From: Paraspadella gotoi
Lineage: Eukaryota > Animalia > Chaetognatha
Reading direction: 5' to 3'
NCBI GenBank assembly: GCA_051294375.1
Contig: CM119264.1
Coordinates: forward strand, 7,275,814 to 7,339,813
Length of the DNA: 64,000 nt
How positions within the stretch are numbered: the stretch's first letter is position 1; each line of letters begins with the position of its first letter. The notes below the pieces were generated by a model. That model was not told the origin of the DNA, did not search any database, and worked only from the letters and a program-made list of their open reading frames with translations. Below, piece after piece: positions 61,747 through 64,000 of this stretch. The position numbers and the translations under genes are program-made.

Positions 61747-62555
61747 GAGCAAAGAACTGTCCCTTTGGGGAAAAAAATGTAATTTATACAGCGATTTACT
61801 TAAAGGCGGGATTTTTTAGTAGAGAGGAGAGATATATATTATATATACATTTCAGCTGAAATGTGGATAGCGATTTTCATTAAAGAAAAACTATACAACT
61901 TTAATTTTAAAATATTAAAACCATAGAGACCCAAAGAACCAACGATTATAGTGGAAAAATCATTAATTTCAATATAGTATATGAAATAACTAAGTATCAA
62001 GTAACGACGAATAAAAAAATGGGACAAAAAAACTTGTCATCGACTTTTTTGCTTTGGTTCACATCGTCATCGTCGTCGTCGCTCACATAGTCGTCGTTCA
62101 CATCGTCGTCGTCGTTCACATCTCTAACTTGAAAGATGGACAAAAAGTTGGCCATCGGGGAGGAAAAATTCGAAACTTTGACCGAAACAAAAGTCAGTGT
62201 TTTGTAAATGGTGTTTGTTCTGATAGTCGTTGTATTAAATTTTAGATATTTAATTCTTTTATCAAACCTTTAAGCTGTTTTTGCTAAAGCTGAAAAAATT
62301 ATATTAAATCTGGAAAACCCAGTGCTAATACGGATTTTCTCTATTAAGTAAATAATCATTATTTTTTCTACTCTTTTAAGAAGACTTATATACAAAAAAA
62401 ACAACTCAAGAATGAACAAAAGACGCAGGTGTTACAGTTTGACAAGTTTAACAAAACAAATGTACAATATAAAAAAGAGTGATCTTTAAGAACGAAGTGA
62501 TCGCTCTCCTTCAACTCTGACGATACATCATTCTGCCACCTGAATCGACGTCCTC

Positions 62556-62594
<39 letters not shown>

Positions 62595-63520
62595 TTCTTA
62601 GTCGTCGTCGTTAACGGTCACACCCAGAATTCGATGTGATATCGTTTTTCATTTATATCAGGTCATCCAAAATTAATTCGTCCTTTTACATTTAAGAATA
62701 CATCGCGTTTCGTATCGCTCATCGATGGAGCGAGCCTGTCGAATGTTTAAGAATTTTAAAAAATTCAGAAATATCTGAGAAAGTTTAAGTATAATGGAAA
62801 TCATGTGTCAGTCATTGAAATTGAAAGGTCTAAACATTAACATCAGAACTTTAAAATTCAAGAGAACTAAAGTTACACGAAAGACGACCGACCGACTTTG
62901 AGAATGAAATAAAATTGTATTCATTAGGTATGCGCAATAGCAAGAGCAACATTAAAATTTTGTACAAAGTGGAAAGAAAAACTCATTATACCCTAAAAAT
63001 ATGTGTTAAATATCAAAAAAAGAGGAGGGACTGAGAATTTCTAGTAGATGAAGATGAGATTAAAAGGACTCATAACATCAGTAACATTCCTTTCACACGT
63101 CCGCTGCTGAATGAGCTTCGTCTGAAAAACGAAATTGAACCCGCGCATTAAAAAGAACATATTAGGTTCGTAGATTTCCGGCTTTTTTGACTTTGTCCTG
63201 ACTTTGTCACGCATTTGTCTCTTTTTCTATTGTATTTTTTTGACAACTGTCAATTTTCGAATCTGGTCGAAACCGTCTTTGTTTTCTCAAGAACACCATT
63301 TTGACGTCGTATTAACTAACAACGTTCTCTTAACGAACAAACGTTTATTTTTTGTTCTTAAATTTCCTTATATACCCTTAGGTTTTATTCCCATTCTTCG
63401 TCTGTGATACATAAAACAACAAATTTTTAAAAGGAATAAAGAAAAACTAATAAAAAGAAAACAAAACAGAAACGAAATTTAAACGAAAAGAAAAAAAACA
63501 AACAAAACGACGGCGTCTCC

Positions 63521-63742
63521 ATGTCTTCCTCGAAAGACGCCGTCCCCGACGTCGACAGCGACGATTACTACGCGGTGTTGGGACTGCGGCGCGGCGCCAA
63601 CGCTGACGAGATCAAGCGCGCCTACAGAAAAGCGGCGCTCAAGTGGCACCCGGACAAAAACCCCGACGACAAGAAAAGAGCGAAAGTCAATTTCCAGAAA
63701 ATCTCAGAGGCCTACGACGTTTTGTCGGATGAGAAGAAGAAG
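63521..63742 (+). CDS. DnaJ/Hsp40 J-domain protein, first exon (DNAJB6-like J domain); gene continues beyond the window
   Basis: [60 protein letters not shown] contains the HPD motif; donor AAG|GTGAGG follows 63742. Confidence 0.93.
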
Positions 63743-64000
63743 GTGAGGGGGTTGTGGGAGAGAGAGAGAGAGAGAGAGAGAGAAGCAGCCTGCCGCCGCC
63801 TCCGCCCTCCACCGCCGCCGCCGCCGGCCAGGCCTCGTTTGCCTGACCGGTCGTAGATCGCCTGGCAGGGAGAGAAGAGGGGGAGAGGCGGGGGGGCGGG
63901 GAAGAAGGAAGAGGGGAATCGTGGAAATGTCAGCGAAGAAAGTTTTCGTATGAATGTAAACTATTTTAAAGGACAAAAAAAAAAACGAAAGAAAAATTTA

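Larger units (their letters stand above)
43663..61846. repeat. ~6.8-kb direct duplication (43663-~50551 vs ~55189-~61846)
   Basis: Colinear throughout, with many small indels and variable microsatellite lengths; the first copy starts at the N gap 43638-43662. Confidence 0.92.

Overview
This is AT-rich, intron-rich eukaryotic DNA, most likely an invertebrate animal, judging by short GT-AG introns, abundant (AG)n/(GAC)n microsatellites and ciliary genes. It has two 25-N scaffold gaps. Most entries in the ORF track are microsatellite artefacts, so I rebuilt the real genes by hand-splicing. Left to right: two orphan multi-exon genes (-); ODF3/SHIPPO-repeat gene (-); RIIAD1 (-); a ~25-exon, ~1600-aa two-pore-channel-related gene (+) head-to-head with RIIAD1; and the first exon of a DnaJ gene. 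The channel is the most unusual object. It has atypical filters (TTENYPD / TTSNWHD), EF-hand loops, charge-poor S4 helices, and a long C-terminal tail with an SH3 domain and a PxxPxR motif. RFX X-box-like motifs lie in its promoter region. Its 8.6-kb intron holds an antisense intronless XK-family gene split at a T7 run, a 1-kb fold-back, and a hAT-like element with an 8-bp TSD. That element in turn carries a mini-LTR element with extended tRNA-Trp complementarity and a palindrome with a minimal hammerhead ribozyme. Two multi-kb duplications next to the gaps are probably at least partly assembly artefacts. All calls are by eye; no database searches were run.
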